Position numbers and translations under genes: made by a program. A DNA stretch of 64,000 nt, from NCBI GenBank assembly GCA_964187785.1, contig OZ076409.1:14758001-14822000 (forward strand), given 5' to 3'. The notes beneath the pieces were generated by a model. It saw only the letters and a list, made by a program, of their open reading frames with translations, made no database searches and had not been told where the DNA came from. Source of the DNA: Amphiscolops sp. MND2022. Taxonomy: Eukaryota. Positions 37,093 through 51,599 of this stretch are shown piece by piece; within the stretch, counting starts at the first letter, position 1; every line of letters begins with the position of its first letter.

Positions 37093-38716
37093 TAGGGGAT
37101 TCGAATTATTTGGGTTTCCTGAAATTTGGTATTGGGTCTGACCCATTTAATTGGTATTGGGTAATTGGGGTCGCATCAGGTAATTGGGGTCAAAATTGGG
37201 CTTCGAAAGCGAAAGTTGAGTGGAGCACAGAATCAAAATGAAGCGTCTAACTTACGAAAAATAGCTTGTATACACAGTTTTTGAACGTGAATCTCACAGA
37301 ATCAAAGCAAAAGTGTAATGCGATTATCTTTCTGCATTAATTGATGACCCAGCTGTCTTTTTGATCTGAAAACAATTTGAGACAGAAAATTAAATTCGTG
37401 TCATTTGAGCAACTGAGAATTTTTATTTATAAAAACATTTATGTTCCTATTATAAGGAGACATTCGATTTTGTAAATAATTTTTCGCTACTCTGCCATAG
37501 GTCATTTGATTCAATGTAGTCGTAAAATCGACCGTGTTCATGCAATAAACCAGTAACAATCTCGTTTTTATCCAGCCATTTGTTGTAAACCGACTTGATA
37601 GCAGAACTCATTTGCGGGTTGTTCGAGGACAGTAACTTTAAGTAACGAATGACATTAACTGCAGTTTCAGCATTTGCACTCTCTTTCTTTAAATCCAGAG
37701 TCAAGTCTTCAAGTGGCTGTAAGCATTCAACAATCGGCATTTAATATATCTACATCCGTAAGACTCAAATCGAATAAACCCAAGCGACTGTTTAGATAAC
37801 CAATTATCTCCTGAGCTCCACAAAAACCCTCGTAATTTATAAGCCCCAAACAATACTTCTTCGAGCGAAAATTTATGTAAGCGCCAATGAACTTTACATT
37901 GCCAGAAGCCTTCCATTTATCGAAACTCAATGGAATGAAGTCCGACGACTTTCGCGCTGCGAACGTTGATTCAATTTTTGAAACAATTTCGTGGTAACTT
38001 AGCTTCAATTGCAACAGAATCAAATGATATTCTCCCGAAGCGCATTCGCTTAAAAAATAACTGCATTGTCTCAGATCGAACAACTGCGGATATAGGAAAG
38101 TAGTCCTGGCAAACCAATCGCGCAACTTCGTTGCAACCAATGACTTTCGAAGATCGATACGAAATTGACGGTCTGGTTGCTATCTGCCTGGAAGTCGCGC
38201 TTTTTCCAGGAATTCCATTGGGTATTCATACTTCTGGTTCCATAGTTCATATTCCTTACTACGGTACCACATTTGATACAATTCCGGAAATTGGTTTTAC
38301 GGTCGTTATCAAATTGAACATGAAACTTGTTGTAAATGTCTGTTTTGGATTTAATTAATCTCCATTCTTCGTTCTTTTGCTTTTTTGGCGGAGCGACTTC
38401 AACGCATATTTCGGCAGCTTCATCTGTTTCGCTCCCACTATTATTCTCAATATCGGATTGATCCATTAATATCTTGAAGCAAAACAAAATAGTGTATTTG
38501 ACCGAAGCTTTCGAAGGTAAAACAATTCTTCAACGAACTCTGAAAATTGGGTCACCCAATTATTTGGGAGCCAATCAAGTGGGTAATTGGGTTTTTCTCG
38601 AAATCATTGGGTTGGGAAAGTGGGTGTCTTCGGATATTTGGGTTGGGTAATTGGGTTGGGTACCCATTTAATTGTGTTGGGTGTTTGATTATTTGGGTTC
38701 ACTAAATGGGAAACCG
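37093..38716 (-). mobile_element. Internally deleted hAT transposon with transposase remnant (duplicate 42677-44305)
   Basis: BED-finger-like IYNKF..CIKC..GTRSM and LSFDKWKA..FIGAYINF (first catalytic D region). TTGGG subterminal repeats; imperfect 8-bp TSD CATCAGTG/GATCAGTA; TIRs degenerate. Confidence 0.75.
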
Positions 38717-39726
38717 GATCAGTATTCAAACACCCTAGCTATTGAGTGTGGCGAACCACAAGGATCGATTCCAGGACCGCTTTTGTTTCTAGTATAAGTC
38801 AAGGATTTTCCAAGCTCTTGCGATGATATTTTATCATTCTTGTACGCATATGATACTAACTGTATGTATATTCGACCGAAAAATGCTACGTCGGCACTTC
38901 AAGATAAAGTTAATAAAATACCGTTGTTTATGGCAAAAATGAAATGAGTCATCATATTGGAAAGACTGAGCTGGCGCACGTCTTGAGTTGTCGGGAAGAA
39001 AGTGTGAAATTGGCAAATACTACCATATCTCCAATCAAATCTGTGAAGAATCCGGGTGTTCATCTGGATAGAAATTTGACCTTCGAAGCCCATGTTCAAA
39101 GTGTATTTGGAAAAATGGCTGAACATGTATCAGTGGTAATGCGGATGAGACATTTTTGTAAAAGTTCATCAGTGGTGAGGTATTATAACATTCACATGAA
39201 ACCTATCATCCAATACGGTCTTTCAGTATACAGTTGCACTAGGAAAAGTAAATTGAAGGACATACTTCTGCTGCAAAAGAAATTACTTCGAGTTATCTTT
39301 TTGAAAAATCGAAAATACCCGTCCGATGAGCTGTTCGAAAGAAGCCGTATCAAAAATGTCTAAAACCACTATGTTTGTGAAATTTTGAAATCTGCCGTTC
39401 CTTCAACGTGAGGCAAAATTTTAAAAAATGTGAAAACTTTTTCACTCACAAGAGCTCATTGATCTTCACTCGAAATGTTAGCACGAACATGTTTCATGTA
39501 CCACAGCTAGGTTTGAAAGTTTATCGACAGTCTCTGGAGTATCGTGGAACGTTACTACTGAATCACTTTCAGAGGACAAAATCTTTTGCCTCCTGATTAC
39601 GAGATATGCGAAAGTCGAGAGCTTAGTTATAGTCTCCGTAACATCTAAAAACGAAAAAAGAGTGAGTGCCTGGCTGATAGTTTTTGTGTGATGGACTGTG
39701 TACGAGAAACCTACCCCGTCTTAGTA

Positions 39727-39762
39727 ATATATATATAATAATATATATATATATATATATAT
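39727..39762. repeat. (TA)n microsatellite
   Basis: Directly visible. Confidence 0.95.
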
Positions 39763-42700
39763 AAATAAGCCATTTGGTCCAAGAGTTAAGGCGCTTGACT
39801 ACTATCAAGATCCGTCTTGCGATGCAGGTTCTGTCATGGCTACTTTCACAGGTTACCAGTCACTTGGTTTAATACCATTTGGCTCATTTTTTTTCTTGAG
39901 TCACTTGGCTTAAAAATTTTAACCCAAGTGACCACAAAAATAGGCCAACTCCATTCCAACTCACGGAAAAAATAAGTCAACTCGCAAAGATAATCTCCAA
40001 CTACGATCGCTTCGCGATCTCCGTTCCCTCTGGGTCTTTGCTCCTGTTCGACCTCACTTAGCAAGATGGGAATATAAGCGGCCCCAAGGGGCCGCAGGGC
40101 ACTAGAGGAAATGGGGAAATATCCGAGGGGTACTTGATATGACAGGTTATAAGAGTACGCTGACTACGTTATAATGATAAATTCGACAAAATCTGCCACG
40201 TGTTTTCAACTAAGTGGTTTTAAGTCAAATCACTTCAAGCCAAGTGACCAAAACCCGAGACACTTAGCTTGAAAAAATTAAGCCAAGTGACTAATGTCAT
40301 TGAGCCAAGTGACTTTAAGCCAAACGGTATTAAGCAAAGTGACCATTTGTCCTTTCACACAATCATGCCGAGTTTGAGTTGTTATTAATCTAAGAATAAC
40401 TCTTGAAATGAATCATGAAATCTTTGATAAAATTGAAGAGTTATGGTGTGAGAGGTATTTGTTTGGAATGGTTGCAGTGGTGTCTCAATGATCGTATCCA
40501 ATGGGTGAGCGGAAATAGGTCGAAGGAACGGGATCGAAAATCAGAAATAGTTCTCGGGTCGACATACCAAATTTTTGAATGGGATCGAAACAACTCGGAT
40601 CGAAATTTTGATTTTTGGGGAACAAATCGAATTGCCGCAGATAGAATTTTCTAGAAGGGGACCGCAACTAAGGTCTAAAGAATAAGATCTAAGGAAATTT
40701 CGTAACTAAGATCTAAAGAACTAAGATCTAGAAAGCATGCACCGTAACTAAGGTCTAAATTGAAATAGAATAACGTCTAAGGAATAATAATCCTGTATGC
40801 TATTGAATCTGTAAAAACGGCGTTGTTAGTGATATGTCGAATGATTGGCGAGGTTAAATAAGCCATTTGGTCCAAGAGTTAAGGCGCTTGACTACTATCA
40901 AGATCCGGCTTGCGATGCAGGTTCTGTCATGGCTACTTTCACAGGTTACCAGTCACTTGGTTTAATACCATTTGGCTCATTTTTTTTCTTGAGTCACTTG
41001 GCTTAAAAATTTTAACCCAAGTGACGACAAAATTAGGCCAACTCCATTCCAACTCACGGAAAAAATAAGTCAACTCGCAAAGATAATCTCCAACTACGAT
41101 CGCTTCGCGATCTCCGTTCCCTCTGGGTCTTTGCTCCTGTTCGACCTCACTTAGCAAGATGGGAATATAAGCGGCCCCAAGGGGCCGCAGGGCACTAGAG
41201 GAAATGGGGAAATATCCGAGGGGTACTTGATATGACAGGTTATAATAGTACGCTGACTACGTTATAATGATAAATTCGACAAAATCTGCCACGTGTTTTC
41301 AACTAAGTGGTTTTAAGTCAAATCACTTCAAGCCAAGTGACCAAAACCCGAGACACTTAGCTTGAAAAAATTAAGCCAAGTGACTAATGTCATTGAGCCA
41401 AGTGACTTTAAGCCAAACGGTATTAAGCAAAGTGACCATTTGTCCTTTCACACAATCATGCCGAGTTTGAGTTGTTATTAATCTAAGAATAACTCTTGAA
41501 ATGAATCATGAAATCTTTGATAAAATTGAAGAGTTATGGTGTGAGAGGTATTTGTTTGGAATGGTTGCAGTGGTGTCTCAATGATCGTATCCAATGGGTG
41601 AGCGGAAATAGGTCGAAGGAACGGGATCGAAAATCAGAAATAGTTCTCGGGTCGACATACCAAATTTTTGAATGGGATCGAAACAACTCGGATCGAAATT
41701 TTGATTTTTGGGGAACAAATCGAATTGCCGCAGATAGAATTTTCTAGAAGGGGACCGCAACTAAGGTCTAAAGAATAAGATCTAAGGAAATTTCGTAACT
41801 AAGATCTAAAGAACTAAGATCTAGAAAGCATGCACCGTAACTAAGGTCTAAATGGAAATAGAATAACGTCTAAGGAATAATGTGGGGTCATATACGGTGT
41901 ATGCACGCTCGCCCTCACCGTCGCAAAGACCAGCTCCCACTACGATCGCTTCGCGATCTCCGTTCCCGCTAGGTCTTTGCTCCTGTTCGACCTCGCTTAG
42001 CAAGATGGGAACATAAGCGGCCCCCAAGGGGCCGCAGGGCACTAGAGGAAATGGGGACATATCTGAGGCACGTTTATTTTTTAAAGCATTTTATACTTTA
42101 CCCGTAACATTTAAAAAATGGGAATAACGGAAAATAAAACGGGAATAACGTCTGAAATTTAGACTTTCGGTACGATTCGGGAGCTGGCATTCTCTAGATC
42201 TTAGTTACGAAAAATGACATTTAGATCTTAGTTCTTTAGATCTGAGTTACAGAAGTGCGTTTCGATCTTATTCCTTAGATCGTAGTTTGTGCCCACTTTC
42301 TAGAAAAGTATAAAACGTGTCTCGAATATGTCCCCATTTCCTCTAGCGCCCCGCGGCCCCTCGGGGCCGCGTATGTTCCCACCTTGCCAAGCCAGGTCGA
42401 ACAGGACCAAAGACCTAGCGGGAACAGAGATCGCGAAGCGTTCGTAATGTGAGCTGGTCTTTGCGACGGTGAGGGCGAGCGTGCATACACAGCATATGCC
42501 AACATTATGATAGTCAATTGACTTGAGGCAAACAAAGAACGTTTTCGTCCAGAAGGCTTCGATCAAATTCGACCGCATTCCATTCGATCCCTACAATTCG
42601 ATCAAAAGGTTCGACCAAAAAAATTCGACCTATTTACAGCCACCCGTATCCAATGCGTTGCCCTTAATCATCAGTGTAGGGGATTCGAATTATTTGGGTT

Positions 42701-45087
42701 TCCTGAAATTTGGTATTGGGTCTGACCCAATTAATTGGTATTGGGTAATTGGGGTCGCATCAGGTAATTGGGGTCAAAATTGGGCTTCGAAAGCGAAAGT
42801 TGAGTGGAGCACAGAATCAAAATGAAGCGTCTAACTTACGAAAAATAGCTTGTATACACAGTTTTTGAACGTGAATCTCACAGAATCAAAGCAAAAGTGT
42901 AATGCGATTATCTTTCTGCATTAATTGATGACCCAGCTGTCTTTTTGATCTGAAAACAATTTGAGACAGAAAATTAAATTCGTGTCATTTGAGCAACTGA
43001 GAATTTTTATTTATAAAAACATTTCTGTTCCTATTATAAGGAGACATTCGATTTTGTAAATAATTTTTCGCTACTCTGCCAAAGGTCATTTGATTCAATG
43101 TAGTCGTAAAATCGACCGTGTTCATGCAATAAACCAGTAACAATCTCGTTTTTATCCAGCCATTTGTTGTAAACCGACTTGATAGCAGAACTCATTTGCG
43201 GGTTGTTCGAGGACAGTAACTTTAAGTAACGAATGACATTAACTGCAGTTTCAGCATTTGCACTCTCTTTCTGTAAATCCAGAGTCAAGTCTTCAAGTGG
43301 TTGTAAGCATTCAACAATCGGCATTTAATATATCTACATCCGTAAGACTCAAATCGAATAAACCCAAGCGACTGTTTAGATAACCAATTATCTCCTGAGC
43401 TCCACAAAAACCCTCGTAATTTATAAGCCCCAAACAATACTTCTTCGAGCGAAAATTTATGTAAGCGCCAATGAACTTTACATTGCCAGAAGCCTTCCAT
43501 TTATCGAAACTCAATGGAATGAAGTCCGACGACTTTCGCGCTGCGAACGTTGATTCAATTTTTGAAACAATTTCGTGGTAACTTAGCTTCAATTGTTCGT
43601 CAACAGAATCAAATGATATTCTCCCGAAGCGCATTCGCTTAAAAAATAACTGCATTGTCTCAGATCGAACAACTGCGGATATAGGAAAGTAGTCCTGGCA
43701 AACCAATCGCGCAACTTCGTTGCAACCAATGACTTTCGAAGATCGATACGAAATTGACGGTCTGGTTGCTATCTGCCTGGAAGTCGCGCTTTTTCCAGGA
43801 ATTCCATTGGGTATTCATACTTCTGGTTCCATAGTTCATACTCTTTACTACGGTACCACATTTGATACAATTCCGGAAATTGGTTTTACGGTCGTTATCA
43901 AATTGAACATGAAACTTGTTGTAAATGTCTGTTTTGGATTTAATTAATCTCCATTCTTCGTTCTTTTGCTTTTTTGGCGGAGCGACTTCAACGCATATTT
44001 CGGCAGCTTCATCTGTTTCGCTCCCACTATTATTCTCAATATCGGATTGATCCATTAATATCTTGAAGCAAAACAAAATAGTGTATTTGACCGAAGCTTT
44101 CGAAGGTAAAACAATTCTTCAACGAACTCTGAAAATTGGGTCACCCATTTATTTGGGAGCCAATCAAGTGGGTAATTGGGTTTTTCTCGAAATCATTGGG
44201 TTGGGAAAGTGGGTGTCTTCGGATATTTGGGTTGGGTAATTGGGTTGGGTACCCATTTAATTGTGTTGGGTGTTTGATTATTTGGGTTCACTAAATGGGA
44301 AACCGGATCAGTATTCAAACACCCTAGCTATTGAGTGTGGCGAACCACAAGGATCGATTCCAGGACCGCTTTTGTTTCTAGTATAAGTCAAGGATTTCCC
44401 AAGCTCTTGCGATGATATTTTATCATTCTTGTACGCATATGATACTAACTGTGTGTATATTCGACCGAAAAATGCTACGTCGGCACTTCAAGATAAAGTT
44501 AATAAAATACCGTTGTTTATGGCAAAAATGAAATGAGTCATCATATTGGAAAGACTGAGCTGGCGCACGTCTTGAGTTGTCGGGAAGAAAGTGTGAAATT
44601 GGCAAATACTACCATATCTCCAATCAAATCTGTGAAGAATCCGGGTGTTCATCTAGATAGAAATTTGACCTTCGAAGCCCATGTTCAAAGTGTATTTGGA
44701 AAAATGGCTAAACATGTATCAGTGGTAATGCGGATGAGACATTTTTGTAAAAGTTCATCAGTGGTGAGGTATTATAACATTCACATGAAACCTATCATCC
44801 AATACGGTCTTTCAGTATACAGTTGCACTAGGAAAAGTAAATTGAAGGACATACTTCTGCTGCAAAAGAAAATACTTCGAGTTATCTTTTTGAAAAATCG
44901 AAAATACCCGTCCGATGAGCTGTTCGAAAGAAGCCGTATCAAAAATGTCTAAAACCACTATGTTTGTGAAATTTTGAAATCTGCCGTTCCTTCAACGTGA
45001 GGCAAAATTTAAAAAAATGTAGAAAACTTTTTCACTCATAAGAGCTCATTGATCTTCACTCGAAATGTTAGCACGAACATGTTTCAT

Positions 45088-45287
45088 NNNNNNNNNNNNN
45101 NNNNNNNNNNNNNNNNNNNNNNNNNNNNNNNNNNNNNNNNNNNNNNNNNNNNNNNNNNNNNNNNNNNNNNNNNNNNNNNNNNNNNNNNNNNNNNNNNNNN
45201 NNNNNNNNNNNNNNNNNNNNNNNNNNNNNNNNNNNNNNNNNNNNNNNNNNNNNNNNNNNNNNNNNNNNNNNNNNNNNNNNNNNNNNN
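45088..45287. other. Assembly gap (200 N)
   Basis: N run. Confidence 1.
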
Positions 45288-45559
45288 TACTACACCAAAG
45301 GAAGTACCATCTTCTTCTGCTTTTTCTTCTTCTAAGATTAACTTTTTCGTCTCATTTTCAACGACAAATGTTACAGTTCAGCGATATTTAAGTGGTTTTC
45401 GACTGACTTCTGTTCGTACTTCAGGCTCTTTGAACATTTTGGGAACAAGCAATCCGAATAAAAATGGGTGAACTTTTATGGATGCCCTGGGTTTTGATAT
45501 TGGTCAGTTGACTTCCTCTACTCGTATGCACGGCGAACTTCAATAGTTCAAATACTTAA

Positions 45560-48150
45560 AGGTCGAAAATTTTTCTAATTTGGCTTCTTTCGAGCAATTC
45601 ATCAGAGGGAAACGTTCTGTTTTCAAAAAACGGAAAACGACGATATTTTTTCTGAACAAAAACTTCATCATTCAGGATACTTTTCCTCGCGTGCACATTT
45701 AGCAAGTGTCCTCATTGGATAATAGCTTTCATGTAATGGTATTAAAATCTTATCATTACAGAACTACTGGGGAAATGCTTCAGACGGTTGATAATACTTT
45801 CATGTTCGACTAATTCACTCAATACTCGATGGACGTGGAACAGGTAACTTATGTTTATATCCAGTAAGATACCAGATAGTTGACGTAATCAGTACAAATT
45901 ATTTCAGTCTTTTAAATACTAAGTTGTCATCTTTCCTGTTTAGGAAATGGACCAATTCCCTTTAAGGAATCTTTTGACTCATTTTATTATAGGCCATCCA
46001 TTCCAGTATGTGTTCAAGTTCATCTTGCAATGAAGAGGATTCATTTTCATTCTTCACGTAAAGACAACTGGCGTCATCAGCGAAGAGGAACGGAATAATT
46101 TTTTTGCATGAGTTCCGGAAATCAAAAACAAAAATAATCGAAAGCAGTGGACCCAAAATAGATCTTTGAGGAAAACCAGAGTCAATGACAAATAAATTTG
46201 AGACTTTAGCATAATTTGAAACTTATCAATTCCATTCACTTAGATAATATGTGAATCAATCAATCAGATCCCTCTGACACCATATCTTTCACGTTTGTAC
46301 AGGAGATACTCGTGGTTTATTGCATCAAAGGTTTTTGTATATCTTTTTTTCGTAAAACCATTGCAGTTCGACGCCAACTCATTCGCGAGATTTTGAACGA
46401 AATTTTTGTTTTTATTTGCTTGCGTTCATCGTCGCCTTCAATGGATTTTTGGTTTGCTCTGTTTGCGGCGAAAATCCAAATCATGATACATGGAACGCTT
46501 GTCAAGATCATGGCAAGTTCATGGCAAGATCTTGACAAGATAACCATGGTAAGACATGTAAGCTGGTATTAATTGTGCATAATTTATTCTTTTCGCCAAA
46601 CTTCTTTGTCGTCTGGAATTTTTGAATTAGTCATTGTAATAACGTCGGACATAAAATTTATTGATCGAAAATAGTTTTTTAATTGAAAATTATCCAAAAC
46701 TTACTCAATAATTAGCTGCACCAATTGACCGAGTTTTGTTAGTTGTGAGCACGGCATTGTTACTACTATCATAAATTATCATACAGTGCAAGCTCCGAAT
46801 CAAGTTATTGCAACTTGCGGTTTGCGATATCGGTGTGAAAACCAACTTTTCTAGCTATGATTTGTTTACAATTATGCAAATCATGCTATTACCTTATCTA
46901 TTGTGGTAACGGTTCTCATTACTGAAGTTCGAGAATGCAATAACAACATGAAATGGTCGGAGCAAAAACATTTTTCCTTTAATGTCTTGAGTATCAAATT
47001 TTCTTCTGTTTAACCCTATACATGTCTGTTTTTTGGTCCGAATAAATTCTTAGATACTAGTTACAATTTGAAAATAAGATCTCTGAATTTTCCAAAAGTT
47101 TCGCCAATGGTACCATGGAACCCTTGCCAAGATCATGGTTAATCGTGGTTAGCTTTTGCACGATCTTGCATGGCCATGGTATCCTTGCCAAGATCATGGC
47201 AAGATCATGGCAAGATCTTGGCAAGGCTAGCAAGGAACTTGCCATGGATCTTGTCAACGGTACCATGGCTTCGAACACTGGGTTTGCAGCTACACCAAAG
47301 AGTAGAGAGCACTTTCATGGACTCATAAACGTGATGAGCAAGGTTAGGCAACCGATGCAAAAGTGGTCCCCTTTCCTTCAAGGTCAATGGATCCTTTTTT
47401 GCAACTGCAAATCCATTTTTTACCTTCGTGGCTAGTACTCGGTTTCTCTCGTCTTCTCTTACCCTTTGCGCTTTTCAATTTTAGCTGTCCAGAATGTTTA
47501 AAATCTCGAAAAGCCACCACAAGAAAATTGGTAAGATAGTTTAGGTACGCTAACTTTTATTTTTACCCCTTTTACTATATGGTTGTTTTATAGAGATTCG
47601 TCTACGGGATTGGAAACATTTCTTGAATTTTAGTCGTCTCAAGTTCTTTCGATGATCATTTTCAGTAGTTAGCAAGTTACTATCAATTCTTAACTCCGAT
47701 TACTTTCAGAGTAATTGATGTTTAAAATTGTTGCTTTTCTGCTTTCGTCTGGAGAAGTTATTGGTACGAACGTCGATGGTGAGAAAAACAGTTGATCTCC
47801 AAACAGTTTCGAACCTTTTTTCCGTTCCAAACTTCCTTGTGTAAACAATTGCTTTGACGCTCAATAGCTATCAGGGCTATGATCAAATGGTCTTGTGTCA
47901 GTGATTTTTTGTTGTTACGTTGATGGCGAGTAAAACACTTTGAATGTCATGCCAAACGACAATATCTGTCCTGTTTAGAGGGTTTTGCAACAGGCAGTGT
48001 TGGAGATTCAAGTTTATTCGGCAATTGTGTTCAAGGCGGAGACTGAGATTGCATGTTCTCCGGTGATATGATTTTTTGCAGTTGCGGTGAATGCTGCAAA
48101 ATTGTTGCAATTTACTCCCAACCAATTATGTACTTTTACGGGATCACTCT
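45560..48150 (-). pseudogene. Decayed CR1/L2-type LINE (RT at ~45560-46335; possible ORF1 remnant at ~47500-48150)
   Basis: GPLLSIIFV..FLFADD..MAYNKM and YVNYLVS in the RT part. The link to the upstream DIVVWHD segment is tentative. Confidence 0.6.
47105..47283. mobile_element. Partial CCCAG-ended element with CATGGCAAGAT repeats (related fragment ~46485-46560)
   Basis: Tandem CATGGCAAGAT units ending in ACACTGGG. Confidence 0.5.
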
Positions 48151-51100
48151 TCATCCTCCAAGCTAGAGGTCAGTGAGAATCCCCAAAATTTCTGATTTAT
48201 TCCCCTTCCAGACTGCTCCAAGAATAAGGAAATCTCAAATAGCTACACGAAATTTTGGATTCAGTGCTGTAGGTAAAAGTCTCTGAAAATAAACGTTTTG
48301 AAAAGGTGAAAGAGAATTTCTCGTAATGTTTTTCACAACACTAAGGCAAACAATATAAAAGCTAATTTCTATGCCAGCCACTATTCCAGTAAACCGACTA
48401 AATCAATGTAGCCCACTTTCAAATAGTAGAGCGCTGTTTCAGATCATTGCAATATGAGCGAAACCAAAGTACTCGCTTTGTTCGAACGCGTCTCTGTCAC
48501 TCACTGTCCCTAGAACACTTGCCGCACTACCAACATTACGAGCCATTAAGATACGTTGCGTTGGAAACCTTCCCGCTTACTGCTCATCGTGCGAATGACA
48601 CAGTTTTTCATGAATAAGGTCAGGTTTGTAAAAGATTGTCTTTTTTCGTTGCGTATAGGTAAAAGACCAGGAAAAGTATATTACCTACTATAACCACCAA
48701 AAGGGACCCCACAAAGCAGAGAACTAAGACGAAGGAGGAATCTCCTTACACAGGCCATGTTGCAACTTTGTCGGTCAGTGTTTGGTTTCTGATTCTAATA
48801 CCGACATTGCGGAGGAAATTTTGAAACTCTTGTTCTTTCCACTTCTCAAGACAAACAACGAAAGTTTTCTCCTGATTAGGGTATCCAGTGAAAATAAAAT
48901 AACGAGACCCACTATTTTTCAGACACTGGCCATTTATTTTCAGGCGTCATTGAACATATGTTTAAATCACCACTACAAGTACATAATAAGACGCCCGCTA
49001 TGCCCCGGGATATTTTCCGCCTTCAATTGGCTAACAATAAACACTTAATCGAAAGTATACCTCCCTGGTAAAACGCAATTTATTTCGGATATAACGTCGG
49101 TGGGTTTCCCCAAAAATTGAAATTCGGATAAAAGCGCATTTGGTTCCAACCTTCACTTCCTCCGTAGTAAAACACAATCAACGTCCGATATCACGTCATA
49201 AGTTCGGATACAGCGTGCTGGGACAAATGGGAGCGCTTGTTTTCGAACCCCTGCCTCCTCCTCCTCAGTAAAACGCAATATTGAATTCAAGTATCTGGAA
49301 TAGTCAAGTAACTGAAAGTGTTAAGTGGATGTGCAGATTTGGCCGAATTTTGACAAAAAAAAACGAATCACAGAGTATAATTTCCCTCCCCCCATTATAT
49401 GTCGGCGGAAAACAATAACAAAGAACTTTAATTGAGTGAACAGACTCAGATCGTTTTGTGGAGTTGGTCTGGTTACATGATCGGCAAACTTTAAGAGTTC
49501 AAATACATAAAAGTCATAGACGTGTTCACAATGCCGCTTCATTCAAAGAAATCTTCGAACAGACAGTTTCTGTAAACTTTTTTTTACTAATGAAAAGCCT
49601 CTTCGTGTACGTTGCGAAGAGCATCCATGAATGAGCAGACCGTTTTAAATAGTACGTTGCTTTAAGGTGTTGTAAGAACACCATTGACGTACCGCAAAAC
49701 GTCTCACGGCCAATATTATTTAAACATCTTTCGACAGTTTGAAGAATACTCGAACAATATGGGCTCCGAACGTTGAGTTTCTATCCAGAAGAAACCCAAG
49801 ATATCTTACAGACTCAGTCTGCGATATCCTAACACAAGCCTGTTCGTAAAGTTCCCCCTGACGAACAAAAAATGCACAATTTCTTTTCTCCAACATTCAA
49901 TTTCCGAAACTCAATTGATATCTCACCAACCAATTTGATATAAGCTCATTTTCTTTTTTGAGTTTCAAAACGTAAACTTTGGAGAGAACATAACAAACTT
50001 TGTGTCACCAGCAGAAAAGAAACACTCAATTCTATCTGTCTCAATCTTGTACACTGGTTTGGGAGTCTACTGGGATTTCCCGGTTTGAACCTACATGACT
50101 GCTAAATTTGGGTTTTAAATTGCTGCGGTCCTGCTGGTCTTGTTGGCCAACACGTCCTAATGGGCTCCTGTCTAGTCCTGTGGACCTATGGTCCACTTGA
50201 CTAAATTGACCTCCAGCATTCTCGCCTTGTCGACCAGACTGGTGGTCCACTTGGCCAGAGTAATCTCTGTGGCCCTCCCCTGGAACGATGGTCCATTTGG
50301 TTAAAACAGTCTCTGGGCCTCCCAGCTAGTACTCTGGACCGGTGGTTCATATGGATAGAATGATCTTCAGGGCCCCTGACTAGTCTACCGGACTGATGGT
50401 CCCTCATGGTATTTATTCCCGATTTTCGAACTCCTAATACATTCTGAATACTGAGAGGCACCTTTTCAGCAATTGCTGAGTTGATAACTTCTAAAATCTG
50501 AGCATTCAAGTCTTCTCTAATTTCGTCAAGTTTTCTAGTAACTTAGGGGTAGCGATTTCGCTGTTATTCATCCTTACATTCTCTATGGTAACTTCACTGT
50601 TTTCTCGATTATTTGTAAAAATAAAAGACCTAAGTCCTCACTAGTATGATTAGCCGTTTGAAGTCCGTTGGACTCAAGGTCACCTTCAGTTTCTCTCCCA
50701 CTTGACTGACGGTCTAGATTATTTCTACAGTAATTTCTTCACATTATATCCATAAGATCCAAGACTGTTTCTCCTTAGCTTTCTGTTTCCTTGTTGAGGG
50801 CATTTGAAAAGTTCAAAGCTCGAGAAAGATTATATTTGAGCTTTTATTCGTTAACCAAATTCGAACTGAGAGAACGTAAAACAGAATGAGAAAAAAGCAA
50901 AGTTACACTAAAGATCAACAGATTGTGTTTACTGATTTGTAGCGTCGTATTCAAACGTTGCGCCCCTCGTACTACAGGAACCAGTAATTTAGAATAAATG
51001 GTGAATGACAAGCAACATTATGATGATCATGATTTTAAAATAGTAACTAATTTGGGTTAAAATAGCCGTTTGATCTGACGTCAATATTACATCACTATTG

Positions 51101-51599
51101 GGTCATGTCTAAAATTAGCATCGTTGGGCCCTGAATCTATAAGTAGAATGGGGGACGGGAAGGCGGTCCGCCTTTCAAGTTATAGCAAATGAATAGAATG
51201 ACAAGCACTTGTTTACCTAATACTCTATATGAGAATAATGCAGCATGGCGGACTGTTAGTCCTCTTGAATAACGAATATTAGCAAATACAGCATATTGGA
51301 CTGGTGGTCCAAGCGGCTAGTGAATACTAGCACGTGATTGGTCAATAATCATCAGTGATTGCGCGTCGAGTTGACTAGAGTAATTGCCATTTTCGAGCGC
51401 GTTTTCTTTATTGCATAGAGCTATTTGGCAGTACTTGTTTCGATTATCAAACTAAAAATCTACAACAATTCATTCTCGATTTACATTAACACTAGCATAA
51501 ATTGCAAAATTAGTACCAATAATCAAAAACAATTTACATGTAAAACAAACAAAGTCAAGTCTAAAAGTTATAGGCAAATGAACCTACGATCCCGTGATT

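Larger units (their letters stand above)
35905..39761 (+). pseudogene. 5'-truncated CR1/L2-type LINE RT, split by the MITE and hAT insertions, ending at (TA)n (duplicated at ~41490-45087)
   Basis: LIKLKGFGVRGICLEWL..NDRIQ (KSYG in the other copies) | CVAL | DQYSNTLAIECGEPQGSIPGPLLFL..YAYD..VKNPGVHLDRNLTF..IQYG. Confidence 0.85.
34178..45087 (+). repeat. 5.58-kb tandem duplication (34178-39761 and 39762-45087, second copy cut by the gap)
   Basis: ORFs recur at offsets of 5584-5589; the junction lies at the (TA)n tract. Confidence 0.95.

Noticed and set aside
45049..45471. ORFs spanning the N run
   Set aside because: Artefacts of the assembly gap.
50041..51330. Possible LTR/PBS and gag-like ORF with short GGACCA-type repeats
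   Set aside because: No second LTR, no TG..CA ends and no diagnostic protein motif; left unassigned.
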